A DNA stretch of 64,000 nt from an uncultured delta proteobacterium (GTDB lineage Bacteria > Myxococcota_A > Polyangia > Polyangiales > Polyangiaceae), in the NCBI GenBank assembly GCA_963782055.1, contig CAWAIF010000003.1, forward strand, positions 6,624,001 through 6,688,000. Reading direction: 5' to 3'. The number at the start of each line of letters is the position of its first letter. Position 1 is the stretch's first letter. Of this stretch, positions 26,085-36,009 are shown one piece after another. Made by a program: the position numbers and the translations under genes. The notes below the pieces were generated by a model. It did not search any database, was not told where the DNA came from, and was given only the letters and a program-made list of their open reading frames with translations.

Positions 26085-26227
26085 GAACCTTGGAAATCTA
26101 TCGCGTTTCGCCTTCACGTCGAGCGCTCTTTTGGTGAAAAACCCGGCCGGGATTCCAGCATCTTGGAACTATTTCAGGCGGCGCGCACTGCCCCTCCCAC
26201 GCAGAGGTGAGCTGCGGTCACATCCTC

Positions 26228-28876
26228 TCAGAGCGCGGAGACGAGCACCTCGCGATCCTTGGCGCCGCTGGGCGGGCCCACCACCCCCTGCTTCTCCATC
26301 ATCTCCACGATGCGCGCGGCGCGGTTGTAGCCGAGGCCCAGCTTGCGCTGCAGCCACGAGGTGGAGCAGCGACGCGTCTCGGCCACGAGGCGCACGGCCT
26401 CGTCGTACATGGAGTCCTTGTCCATCTCGGCTTCATCGCTCGCGCCGCCGTCCTCGTCGCGCGGGCGCAGGATGTTCTCGTCGTAGATGGGGTCGCCCTG
26501 CGTGCGCAGGTGATCGACCACCGACTGCACCTCTTCCTCGGTGATCATCGGGCACTGCACGCGCCGGGTGTCGTTGGTGCCGTTCAGCTTGATGAGCATG
26601 TCGCCGCGGCCGAGCAGGTGCTCGGCGCCCTGCTCGTCCAGGATGGTGCGGCTGTCCACCTTCTGCGAGACGCGGAAGGCGGCGCGCGTCGGGAAGTTCG
26701 CCTTGATCATGCCGGTGATGACGTCGACGCTCGGGCGCTGCGTGGCGAGGATGACGTGCATGCCGGCGGCGCGGGCCTTCTGCGCGAGCCGCGCCACCGC
26801 CGCCTCCACCTCCTTGCCCTGCTGCATCATCAGGTCGGCGAACTCGTCGACGACCAGCACGATGAAGGGGATCTTCTCCGGGAGCGGCACCTCACCCTCG
26901 TCCGACCCGCTCTCCGGCTTGATCGCCTCCGGCAGGCCGTTGTGGTCCTTCGCCAGGACCACCTTGGCGAAGGGGTTCTTCGCCTCGCCGCGGCACACGC
27001 GCCCAACCCAGTTGTTGTAGGTGGTGATGTTCTTGGTGCCCGCGTCGGCGAAGAGCTGGTAGCGGCGCTCCATCTCGTCGACGGCCCACTTGAGCGCCGT
27101 CGCGGCCTGCTTCATGTCGGTGACGACCGGCAGCAGCATGTGCGGGATGCGGTCGAAGGGGGCGAGCTCGACGACCTTCGGGTCGATCATGAGCAGGCGC
27201 AGCTCCTCCGGCGAGCGCCGGTAGAGCAGCGAGGTGAGCATGACGTTGAGGCCGACGCTCTTGCCGGCGCCGGTCGCGCCCGCGACGATGACGTGCGGCA
27301 TGCTCGCGAGATCGGCGTAGACGGGATGGCCCTGGATGTCGCGGCCGAGCACCACCGGCAGCGGCGCGGCGAGCGTCTGGAAGCGGCGGTCCTCGATGAG
27401 ATCCCGCAGGTTGACCGGCACGCGCCGGTCGTTCTGCACCTCGAAGCCGATGCGGTTCTTGCCCGGGATGGGCGCGACGATGCGCACCTTCTTGGCGAGG
27501 GCGAGCGCCAGGTCGTCGGCGAGACCGGCGACCTTGGACACCTTGGTCCCCGGGGCGGTGGTGACCTCGAAGGTGGTGACCGTCGGGCCGGGGAGCACCT
27601 CCTCGACCTTGCCCGTGACGCCGTAGTCGGAGAGGGTCTTTTCCAGCAGCTCGGCGCTGCGGTACAGCTGCTCCTTGTCGATGGCGAGGCTGGCCTCCGG
27701 TCCCGCGGGCACCAGGAAGTCGATCGGCGGTAGCACGTAGGTGTCGCGCGACTGCTCGCGGGCGGCCGGCCTGGCAGGCTCCTTCTCCAGCGCCGCCGAG
27801 GTGTCGACGATGGTCATCGCGTTCGGCTTCGCCTTCGGGGCGCGCCTGCGCTTCGGTGTCGCCTCTTCCGCCGGCGCCGCCTCTTCGGCCGGCGACTCCT
27901 CTTCCGCCGGCGACTCCTCGACGGCGGTCGGCTCCTCCTCAGCCTGCAGGGCCGCCGGCGCGGCCTTCTTGCGGGCGCGCTTCGGCCTGGGGGACGCGGT
28001 CTCCACCTCCGCCGCCGCGGGTGAGGTGCTGACCGAGAGGGCCTCCGCGCACGCCTCGGAGAGCTCCACCTCCGGCGGGCCGTCGGTGGGGTCGTCGTCC
28101 TCCTCCGCCGGGGGCAGCACCGCGATGGTGGCCTCGTCGCTCGGGGCCTCCAGCCGCGGCAGCTTGCGCAGGCGCTCCTGCTCCGCCTTCTCCCGCTCCA
28201 GGTCGCGCGCCGTCTTCCACGCCTCCGCGACGCTCCGCGCGCCCTTCGCCGTGCCCTCGGCGCTGCGCACGCTGAAGCGTCCGAGCAGCCGCATGAGCGC
28301 GATGAAGGAGAAGGACGCGCGGCCGATGAGCACCAGCCCGAGGCACGCGAAGCCGACGAGGAAGGAGCCCACCGTCGAGAAGAGGGATCGCATCACCTCG
28401 CCGAAGAGCTCGCCCACCACGCCGGACGCGGAGTGCACGCCGAACGCGGCGCGTCCCGGCCAGCCGACCTGCACCAGCGCCGCCGACAGCACGACGATGA
28501 GGAGATCGCCGCCGACGCGGGCGGGCGTGATCAGGCTGTCCTTGCCCCGCACGAAGGGAATGCCGAGCAGCAGCAGCTCCAGCGGCACCGCCCAGGCCAC
28601 GATCCCGACCGTGCCGACCAGCACGTGCGCGCAGGCCGCGCCGACAGGACCCACCCAGTCCGCCCCGTGCGTCCCCGCGGAGGGATCGCCGCCGTACGAC
28701 GCGAGCGCGAGCGAGAGGAAGATCGTGCCCATCCAGAGGAGGAGCGCGGCCACCTCCCTGCCCCGGGCGTGGGAGGCCCCCGGCCCGAGCACGCGGGCCT
28801 TCTTGATGTTGGGTGCGCCCTCTAGCGAGCGAACCCCCTCCACCTGACGGCGGGGAGCGAAGAGCGGGAACGCCAT
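26228..28876 (-). CDS. ftsK: DNA translocase FtsK
   Basis: N-terminal 4TM region, MPHVIVAGATGAGKSV, DEFADLM, ATQRPSVDVITG, gamma domain LQRKLGLGYNRAARI. Confidence 0.97.
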   Translation of the reverse strand: MAFPLFAPRRQVEGVRSLEGAPNIKKARVLGPGASHARGREVAALLLWMGTIFLSLALASYGGDPSAGTHGADWVGPVGAACAHVLVGTVGIVAWAVPLELLLLGIPFVRGKDSLITPARVGGDLLIVVLSAALVQVGWPGRAAFGVHSASGVVGELFGEVMRSLFSTVGSFLVGFACLGLVLIGRASFSFIALMRLLGRFSVRSAEGTAKGARSVAEAWKTARDLEREKAEQERLRKLPRLEAPSDEATIAVLPPAEEDDDPTDGPPEVELSEACAEALSVSTSPAAAEVETASPRPKRARKKAAPAALQAEEEPTAVEESPAEEESPAEEAAPAEEATPKRRRAPKAKPNAMTIVDTSAALEKEPARPAAREQSRDTYVLPPIDFLVPAGPEASLAIDKEQLYRSAELLEKTLSDYGVTGKVEEVLPGPTVTTFEVTTAPGTKVSKVAGLADDLALALAKKVRIVAPIPGKNRIGFEVQNDRRVPVNLRDLIEDRRFQTLAAPLPVVLGRDIQGHPVYADLASMPHVIVAGATGAGKSVGLNVMLTSLLYRRSPEELRLLMIDPKVVELAPFDRIPHMLLPVVTDMKQAATALKWAVDEMERRYQLFADAGTKNITTYNNWVGRVCRGEAKNPFAKVVLAKDHNGLPEAIKPESGSDEGEVPLPEKIPFIVLVVDEFADLMMQQGKEVEAAVARLAQKARAAGMHVILATQRPSVDVITGMIKANFPTRAAFRVSQKVDSRTILDEQGAEHLLGRGDMLIKLNGTNDTRRVQCPMITEEEVQSVVDHLRTQGDPIYDENILRPRDEDGGASDEAEMDKDSMYDEAVRLVAETRRCSTSWLQRKLGLGYNRAARIVEMMEKQGVVGPPSGAKDREVLVSAL

Positions 28877-29131
28877 CCGTACCTTATCCTACATCGGAAC
28901 CTAGGGCGGGCGCGCCCAAGTGGCCAACTTCCTTGCGGTTGCGAAGGGCTTGGGCTCAGGCGAAGAGTTGCGTAGCATGGGGTCCCTCCCGGCCGGTTTC
29001 CGTTGCTGGCCATCTTTCGGCGTAGCGTCATGACCCACCGCGCACCGCCGCGTGCCGGTCGTGGCTGGGTTTTTCCTCTCGCCTTGCGAGCAGACTTCGG
29101 CGCAGGCGGATTTCCAAAGAAGGCATACGAG

Positions 29132-30751
29132 ATGGGCGACGAGTCGAGGAAGTCGACGTGGTTGCGTCTTGGACGGGCGTCAGCACTGGTCGGTGAGGTC
29201 GTGGTCGTCACGGCGCTGGCAGTGGGGATGCTCGCCCCGGCGCTCTCGGGCTGCGCCGTCAGCAGCGACGACGTGCACCGATGGGAGCGGACGGAGCGCG
29301 GACCGGACAAGCTGGTCGCGGTCCTCACCCACGACAAGTACTCCCTGCCGCTGCGGACCGAGGCGGCCATGTCGCTCATCCGCATGAAGCCGCGGGCCGG
29401 CAAGCGCATCGGCATCGACCTCCTGGTGAGCGCGCTCGCCTCGCTGGACGACGCGTCACGGCAGAAGATCGTCATCGGCATGACGCCCGAGCTCGTCAAG
29501 GAGATCGAGGCGCCCCCGCCGGAGAAGAAGCCCGACGGCACGGTGAGCGAGGCCGACCCGTCCATCCCCTACAAGGACGCGACCTTCGCCATGCTCTCGC
29601 ACGACCCGCCGCTCGTGAGCGACGAGAAGAGCAAGGCGGACCTCACCGCCGCGCTCATCCACTGGGGCGAGACGGACTTCGAGGACCGCATCGACAACAA
29701 CGCGCAGGCCTACGGCGTCGAGCAGATGATGCGTTTCCTGGGCGCCCCGGCCGTCAAGAACCTGCCGCCGCTCATGAACGAGCAGTCCACCAAGGTGGAC
29801 CGCATCGCCGCGCTCGTCGCCGACCTGGGGGATCCCGCCACCAAGCTCAAGGCCTCCGAGCAGCTCGTGACGCTCGCCAAGACGATCGACTCGACGGCCT
29901 GGATCGACAAGCAGCGCCCCCTGGTCGAGGACGCCAACAAGCGCGCCGGCAACAACAAGGTGACGCCCGAGCAGCTCCAGAAGCAGCTCGTCACCTACCA
30001 GGACCAGGAGATGACGAAGATCTTCTCCGCCATGAAGAAGGTCGGCGGTCGGCCGGTCATCGACTACTGCCTCGCCTACGCCGGGGACAAGGCCCACAGC
30101 GAGGACCGCCGCAAGGCGGCGCTGGCCGCGCTCGAGGGCCGCATCGACAAGGGCAACACCGCGGACATCGACAAGATCTTCGCCATCGCCAAGGAGGACG
30201 AGACCCCCGACTCCATCCGCGACCTCGCCTTCAGCCGGCTGGGCGAGCTCCCGAAGGAGCAGGTCGTCCCGAAGCTCTACACGCTGTTCGCGCCCCACAA
30301 CTGGAAGGTGCGCTGGGTGGCGGCGTCGCTCGTGCTCAAGACGATGACGACCAAGGGCATCCCGGAGTTCATGAAGCACCTGCCGGCCACGCCCTCGACG
30401 AAGATGGGCATGGGCGAGCCGATGGCCTACGCCGACCTCATCCACAAGATGAAGGCCGCCAAGGGCGAGCCGGAGCCGAAGCAGGCCATCACGCCCTACC
30501 TCGCCTCCCGCGAAACGGGGCCCAAGCTGACCGCCCTGGCCTTCTTCTATGGCGGCAAGAAGTCGGACGTTTCCGTGGTACAATCGTACGAGAACGACAA
30601 GGCATCGGTGCCGAAGTGCGACAAGGAGGACCAGTGCAACTGGCTCTGCGAGGTCCCCAAGGCACCCGGCTCTCAGGAGACGGTCCAGAAGCCCATCACG
30701 ACAGTGGGCGAGTTCGTGCAGTTCTGCATCGAACCGTCGATGACGAACTGA
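29132..30751 (+). CDS. Large alpha-helical (HEAT-like) lipoprotein
   Basis: LSGC lipobox, helical repeats and strong codon bias; divergent from ftsK. Start uncertain. Confidence 0.75.
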   Translation: MGDESRKSTWLRLGRASALVGEVVVVTALAVGMLAPALSGCAVSSDDVHRWERTERGPDKLVAVLTHDKYSLPLRTEAAMSLIRMKPRAGKRIGIDLLVSALASLDDASRQKIVIGMTPELVKEIEAPPPEKKPDGTVSEADPSIPYKDATFAMLSHDPPLVSDEKSKADLTAALIHWGETDFEDRIDNNAQAYGVEQMMRFLGAPAVKNLPPLMNEQSTKVDRIAALVADLGDPATKLKASEQLVTLAKTIDSTAWIDKQRPLVEDANKRAGNNKVTPEQLQKQLVTYQDQEMTKIFSAMKKVGGRPVIDYCLAYAGDKAHSEDRRKAALAALEGRIDKGNTADIDKIFAIAKEDETPDSIRDLAFSRLGELPKEQVVPKLYTLFAPHNWKVRWVAASLVLKTMTTKGIPEFMKHLPATPSTKMGMGEPMAYADLIHKMKAAKGEPEPKQAITPYLASRETGPKLTALAFFYGGKKSDVSVVQSYENDKASVPKCDKEDQCNWLCEVPKAPGSQETVQKPITTVGEFVQFCIEPSMTN

Positions 30752-30778
30752 TTCTACTCAGGCGGTGTGCAGGTTGAG

Positions 30779-31630
30779 ATGAGCTCCGATCCGAACAAGA
30801 AGAGCGCACGATCGTTCCAGTGCCGGGACGTGCTCTGGGAGACGTTCGAGCAGATGGCCCGGGAGCTCGAGTGCAGCGTCGACTACCTCATCAACGAAGC
30901 GATGAAGCAGTACGCGCGGCAGCGTAGCTACGGACCCGGCGCGACCAAGACGCCGTACCCCGGCCAGCAGCCGATGGCGCAGGCCAGCGGCTACAGCGGG
31001 TCGCTCACGGGGGGCGGCGCGCTGCCGTCCAACGTGCCGACGCCGGCCGTGCCCGGGCCGCCGCAGATGCGCTCCCCCGGGCCGCTGCCGCCGCCTCCCG
31101 GTCGCCTCCCCCCACCACCGGCGCGCCCCTCCAACAGCGGCATGCCGATGCCCCCGCCACCGCGCGGGTTCGCGCCGCCGCCCATCTCGCCGGCGCTCAC
31201 ACCCCCGCCCCGCGCGCCGAGCTACGGGGGCTCGCCCTCGCGGCCGCCCCCGCCGCCGATGAGCTCGCCGCGCAGCGTTCCGCCGCCCATCCCGCGCGGA
31301 GGCCCGCCGCAGTACAACGGCTACCCCCAGCAGCAGCACGCCGTCCACGCGCCGATGCTGAGCGTCGTCTACAACAGCGAGAAGCTGCCCATCAACAAGG
31401 AGCGCTTCGTCATCGGCCGCGGCAAGCAGTCGAGCGACCTCACGCTCAAGGACCCGAACGTCTCGCGCCAGCACGCGATGATCGAGTTCCAGAACGGGGT
31501 CTACTTCATGGTGGACATGGGCTCGACCAACGGCGTCGAGTACAACGGCCAGCGCATCGCGCGGAAGCAGATCGCAGAGGGCGACATCTTCCGCATCTGC
31601 GACCACGAAGTACGCTTCACGTTCCGCTGA
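30779..31630 (+). CDS. RHH-like N-terminus + Pro-rich linker + FHA-domain protein
   Basis: FHA motifs IGRG...SDL...NVSRQHA...DMGSTNG; N-terminus RSFQCRDVLWETFEQMARELECSVDYLINEAMKQY. Confidence 0.85.
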   Translation: MSSDPNKKSARSFQCRDVLWETFEQMARELECSVDYLINEAMKQYARQRSYGPGATKTPYPGQQPMAQASGYSGSLTGGGALPSNVPTPAVPGPPQMRSPGPLPPPPGRLPPPPARPSNSGMPMPPPPRGFAPPPISPALTPPPRAPSYGGSPSRPPPPPMSSPRSVPPPIPRGGPPQYNGYPQQQHAVHAPMLSVVYNSEKLPINKERFVIGRGKQSSDLTLKDPNVSRQHAMIEFQNGVYFMVDMGSTNGVEYNGQRIARKQIAEGDIFRICDHEVRFTFR

Positions 31631-31641
31631 GTCGCCAGCCG

Positions 31642-32721
31642 ATGCCCGCGCCGCGGCCCATGCGCCGGTTGCCCGTGCTCGAGGCGCGGCGGCGCGAGAT
31701 GGAGCTGTGCGTCTACTGCCCGAAGCTCTGTCGCTCGGCGTGCCCCGTCTCCAACGCCGAGCCGCGCGAGACGATCATCCCCTGGGGGAAGATGTCGATG
31801 GCGTTCTTCGCGGCGAGGGGGGACGTGCCGGTCGATCCGTCGCACGCGGCGCCGGCGTGGGCGTGCACCGGGTGCATGGCGTGCCGCGAGGCGTGCGACC
31901 ACCGCAACGACGTGGCCGGCACGCTCTTCGACGCGCGCGGGGCGCTCGGCTCGGCGGGCGCGGCGCCGCCGGCGGCGACCCGGGCCCTCGCGGGGTTCGC
32001 GGCGCACCGCCAGGACACCGCGCGCGCCGCGAGCGAGATCACGGCGGGCGGCGCGGGCGCGACGCTCCTCGTGGGGTGCGCGTATCTGCGGCGCCTTCCG
32101 GACGTGGCGCGCGACGCGGTGCGGGTCGCCGAGGCACTGCTCGGCCCGGTGCGGGTGGCGAGCGACTGCTGCGGCCTGCCGCTCCTGTACGCCGGCAACG
32201 CGGAGGCGTTTCGCGATCACGCGCGACGCTTCGCGCGGTCGCTCGAGGGCGGCGCGGTCGTCGTCGATCCCGGCTGCGCGATGGCGCTGCGCGCACACTA
32301 CCCCGCGCACGGCGTGAGCGTCCCCGGCCCCGTGCGGCTGCTCGTGGAGGAGGCGGCCGCGCGCGTGACGACGATCCGCACCGAGGCTCACCACACGCCC
32401 GTGCGCTACCACGACCCTTGCCAGCTCGGTCGCGGGCTGGGCGTCTACGACGCGCCGCGCGCGGCGCTCACGCGTGCGCTCGGCGCTCCACCGGGCGAGC
32501 TGCGGGACCGGCGGGAGCGCGCGCCCTGCTCCGGCGCGGGCGGCCTGCTGCCCCTGACGATGCCCGACACGTCGCGGGCGATCGCCGAGGAGCGGTTGCG
32601 CGCGCACGAGGCCGCCGGCGGCGGCGAGGTGGTGACCGCGTGCGCCTCGAGCGTGGTGCGTCTGCGCTCCCTGGGCGCGGCGGTGACCAATCTCTGGACG
32701 ATCCTCGCCCGGCGCGTGTGA
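31642..32721 (+). CDS. Fe-S-binding oxidoreductase (4Fe-4S dicluster + CCG domains)
   Basis: CVYCPKLCRSACP, CTGCMACREAC, CCG, YHDPCQLGR and CSGAGG motifs. Confidence 0.85.
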   Translation: MPAPRPMRRLPVLEARRREMELCVYCPKLCRSACPVSNAEPRETIIPWGKMSMAFFAARGDVPVDPSHAAPAWACTGCMACREACDHRNDVAGTLFDARGALGSAGAAPPAATRALAGFAAHRQDTARAASEITAGGAGATLLVGCAYLRRLPDVARDAVRVAEALLGPVRVASDCCGLPLLYAGNAEAFRDHARRFARSLEGGAVVVDPGCAMALRAHYPAHGVSVPGPVRLLVEEAAARVTTIRTEAHHTPVRYHDPCQLGRGLGVYDAPRAALTRALGAPPGELRDRRERAPCSGAGGLLPLTMPDTSRAIAEERLRAHEAAGGGEVVTACASSVVRLRSLGAAVTNLWTILARRV

Positions 32722-32746
32722 ACGCGGCCGGCGGCGCACCCTCACC

Positions 32747-33778
32747 TCAGAAGGAGCCGCCGACCGAGACGCCGGCGAGCCCGGGGCCCAGCAGCGGGTC
32801 CACGCGCGCGGTGACGCCCCCGGTCTCCGTCTTCTTCGCGTGCGGCGCGACGAAGAACATGACGAGCCCGCCGGCGAGGGCGACGCCCCCGGCGACGAAG
32901 GCGATGGTGGAGATGGTCGCCGCGTCGTTGGCGTCCTGGCGGAGCTGCAGGCCGACGGGGTCGCACGCGTTTTGCGCGTCGCAGTGGTTGTTGGCGTTGG
33001 AGTCGTTCAGCTTTCCCGAGGCGACCAGGCCGAAGACGCTGCCCAGGGTGATCCCCACCACGCCCGCGCCCGCCACGCCGAGCCCCGCGATGCGCAGGAC
33101 GGTGCCCGAGCTCTTCGGCGGGGGAGGCGGCGGCGGGGTCGTCGCGACGGCCTCCGGCTCGAGCGTCACCTGCACCTCGACGCTGGGGCCCTTGCAGTCG
33201 GAGCGCTCCTTGTCCGGGTCCTTGAGGACCGGGCAGCCGGGGACCTCCACGCTCTTCTCGAAGGGCTTGTGGTGCGGCGCGGTGGCGGAGATGACGTGCG
33301 TGCCGGGGTCGATCGGGATGGGCGAGCCGATGTCGACGTCGGCGAGAGTGTCGTGGTCCCGCATGATGCGCAGCCCGTCCGGCCTGGGGCCGGCGAGGGT
33401 GATGGTGATGCGGGAGAGCCTGGGCTGGAGCTCGTTCATGCGACGCCGCGCCACCTCGGCGCGCTTGTCGTGGTCCTGCTCGGCCAGCTTCATCGCCTGG
33501 CGGAACTGGACCCACGAGCTGGCGGTCTGGCCGTCGCGCTCGTAGCAGTCGGCGAGCCAGAGCATCACGCCCAGGCCGGGGTCGAGCACCATGCTCTGCG
33601 CGAACTTGGGGCACGCCTCGGAGAAGCGGCGCTGGTCCATCAGGCGTGTGCCCTCGTCGAAGAGCTTGTCCGCCTCGGTCTTGGGCCTGGCCTGCGCCGG
33701 GGCCGTCACCGCGCCGGCGGCCGCGACGCAGAGCGCGCCGACGACGAGCTTGTAGATTCCACGTACCCGCTCGCTCAT
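32747..33778 (-). CDS. TPR/PEGA-type exported membrane protein
   Basis: Signal peptide; ADKLFDEG...EACPKFAQS..LDPG..LADCYE TPR typical of myxobacteria; C-terminal hydrophobic helices; coupled to the kinase stop. Confidence 0.8.
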   Translation of the reverse strand: MSERVRGIYKLVVGALCVAAAGAVTAPAQARPKTEADKLFDEGTRLMDQRRFSEACPKFAQSMVLDPGLGVMLWLADCYERDGQTASSWVQFRQAMKLAEQDHDKRAEVARRRMNELQPRLSRITITLAGPRPDGLRIMRDHDTLADVDIGSPIPIDPGTHVISATAPHHKPFEKSVEVPGCPVLKDPDKERSDCKGPSVEVQVTLEPEAVATTPPPPPPPKSSGTVLRIAGLGVAGAGVVGITLGSVFGLVASGKLNDSNANNHCDAQNACDPVGLQLRQDANDAATISTIAFVAGGVALAGGLVMFFVAPHAKKTETGGVTARVDPLLGPGLAGVSVGGSF

Positions 33779-35832
33779 TTCCGACCGCCGAATGCCTTGT
33801 TCTCCTGGGAGATCTTGCCTGAAGGCCTGTGATAGACGGGCGTGCTGGTGTGGGTGGCCGTCGGCTTGGGGGAGGCCGTCGCCTTCGCGGTGGCCGTGGT
33901 CGCGGTCGCGGTGGCCGTCGTCGCCGTGATGGCGGCCGTCGCGGTGGTCCCGGCCGTCGCAGTCACGGTGGCCGTGGCGGTGGGCGTCGTCTCGGTCGCG
34001 GTCGGTGTGGGCGTCGTCTCGGTCGCGGTCGGCGTGGCCGTCGTCGTGTCGACCGCCGACGTCGTGGCGGAGGTGGCGGGCGAGGACGAGGAGCCGGAGC
34101 CGAGGGTCACGGCGAGCACCACCACCGCGCCGAGGAGCAGCACGGCGGGGATGATGATCATCCACGGCAGCTTCCTGCGGAACTGGGGCACCTCTCCGGT
34201 CTGCGGGGGAGCCCACTGCGCGTTCCACCCTCCGGAGGCGGCGGCGCCCTCGGGCAGGGGGCCGGAGGTGGGCGCGCCTGTCGCCATCACGGCGGCCACC
34301 GGGCCGCTCGCCACGGCGGGGCTCGCGGCCGGTACGGGACCGCTCGCGGCCGCCGCGCTCGCGGGCGGCGCGCTCGCGGTCGCGGGCGGCGCAAGATCGG
34401 CGAAGGCGCCGAGCGGACGGAACTCCTGCGAGGTGTCCATGCTCATGCTCACCGGCGCCTGCTCTTCCAGCGGCACGTCGATGCGGGTGGGCATGTCGAA
34501 GTCGTCGTCGGAGAGCGACTCGGTGCCGGGGTGCGACTCCACCGGCGGGGGAATCGCCGCTGCGCCCGAGCCGGGCGGCGCGGGGATCGGCCCCGTGGCG
34601 AGCCGCGGCGGAGGAAGCGGAACGGACGCGGGCGGCGGCGGGGGAAGCGGACCCGAAGCAGGCGGCGGCGGAAGCGGACCCGAAGCAGGCGGCGGCGGAA
34701 GCGGGACCGACGCGTCAGGCGGCGGTGGAAGCGGCATCGACGCGGGCGGCGGCGGAACGGGATGATCCGGAGACGCGCCGGCCGGGCGGAGGCCGGAGCC
34801 GGTCACGGGGTCGGCCCGCGCGACGCCGCTCTTGGAGATGTCCCCGCGGGCGAGGAGCGCACGGACGACCTCGCGCTGGGCACCGATGTCGATGCCAATC
34901 ATCTGGTTCACGAACGCCGAGGTCTCACGGACGTTGGGCACCATCCCGTGCGCGCGGGCGGCGCGCTCGAGCGCGTCGGCGAAATCGGCGGCGGTCTGGA
35001 AGCAATCCTTCGGCTCGCGCGAGAGCCCGCGGCGGAGCACCGCGTCCACCTCCGCCGGGATCGTCGGGTCGACGGGGGAGAGCGGGGGCACCTCCGCCGC
35101 GACCACGCGGAAGAGGGTCTCGGCGTCGGCGTCGGCCTTGAAGAGGCGCTGGCCGGCCAGCATCTCCCAGAGGACCGTGCCCGCGGCGAAGACATCGGCG
35201 CGTCGGTCGACCGTGCCGCCCTTCACCTGCTCGGGCGACATGTACGCGAGCTTGCCCTTGAGCTGCCCCGCCTGGGTGTTGGTGAGGCGGGCGCTGGCCT
35301 TGGCCACGCCGAAGTCGGTGATGCGCGACACGCCGTCCACGCCGACCAGGATGTTCTGCGGGGAGACGTCGCGGTGCACGACGTTGAGCAGGTTGCCGTT
35401 CTCGTCGGCGAGCTCGTGCGCGGCGTGCAGGCCCGTCAGCGTGTCCAGCATGATGCGGATGCTGATGCTGGGCGGAAAGCGGATCCCGGCGTTGTACGCG
35501 CGCACCTGCAGGTACCCGGCGGTGTCCCCCTCGATGTACTCCATCACCAGGTAGTAGTGGTTGTCGCTGACCCCAATCTCCAGGATGGGCACCACGTTGG
35601 GGTGGTGGAGGCGCGCGGCGAGCCGGGCCTCGTCCATGAACATCTGGATGAACTCCTGCTCCTTCGCGAGGTGCGGGTGCAGGCGCTTGATGGCGACGAA
35701 GCGCTTGAACCCACCCATGCCGGTGAGTCGCGCGAGATACACTGTAGCCATCCCGCCGCTCGCGATCTCCGCGAGGAGTTCGAAACGATCGAGGCGTTCG
35801 CCGTCGCCGGGGAGTGGAAGGATCTTCGACAG
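33775..35832 (-). CDS. Membrane Ser/Thr kinase (probable CTG start)
   Basis: RFELLAEIASGGMATVY, HRDVSPQN, DFG and GKLAYMSPE motifs; Pro-rich repeats, TM helix, Thr-rich tail. Confidence 0.9.
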   Translation of the reverse strand: MSKILPLPGDGERLDRFELLAEIASGGMATVYLARLTGMGGFKRFVAIKRLHPHLAKEQEFIQMFMDEARLAARLHHPNVVPILEIGVSDNHYYLVMEYIEGDTAGYLQVRAYNAGIRFPPSISIRIMLDTLTGLHAAHELADENGNLLNVVHRDVSPQNILVGVDGVSRITDFGVAKASARLTNTQAGQLKGKLAYMSPEQVKGGTVDRRADVFAAGTVLWEMLAGQRLFKADADAETLFRVVAAEVPPLSPVDPTIPAEVDAVLRRGLSREPKDCFQTAADFADALERAARAHGMVPNVRETSAFVNQMIGIDIGAQREVVRALLARGDISKSGVARADPVTGSGLRPAGASPDHPVPPPPASMPLPPPPDASVPLPPPPASGPLPPPPASGPLPPPPPASVPLPPPRLATGPIPAPPGSGAAAIPPPVESHPGTESLSDDDFDMPTRIDVPLEEQAPVSMSMDTSQEFRPLGAFADLAPPATASAPPASAAAASGPVPAASPAVASGPVAAVMATGAPTSGPLPEGAAASGGWNAQWAPPQTGEVPQFRRKLPWMIIIPAVLLLGAVVVLAVTLGSGSSSSPATSATTSAVDTTTATPTATETTPTPTATETTPTATATVTATAGTTATAAITATTATATATTATAKATASPKPTATHTSTPVYHRPSGKISQENKAFGGRK

Positions 35833-36009
35833 GGGAGGGTCCTCTCCGAGGAATGGGCCAAGGTGCAGTATACCCAGGTCACGCGCTCGTGGTCAGATCC
35901 GTTGCGGCGCGGCTCCCTCGAGGGGCTGAACGTTCGTTCCGGCTCGGCCGCATTGCCGCCGGACCCGCGTTTTTTCGGCCCGAACGGCCGCGTGCGCTAG
36001 CCTCCAGCG

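Noticed and set aside
34600..34760. 27-30-bp tandem repeats
   Set aside because: They encode the PPPPASxPL linker of the kinase, ordinary coding low complexity.
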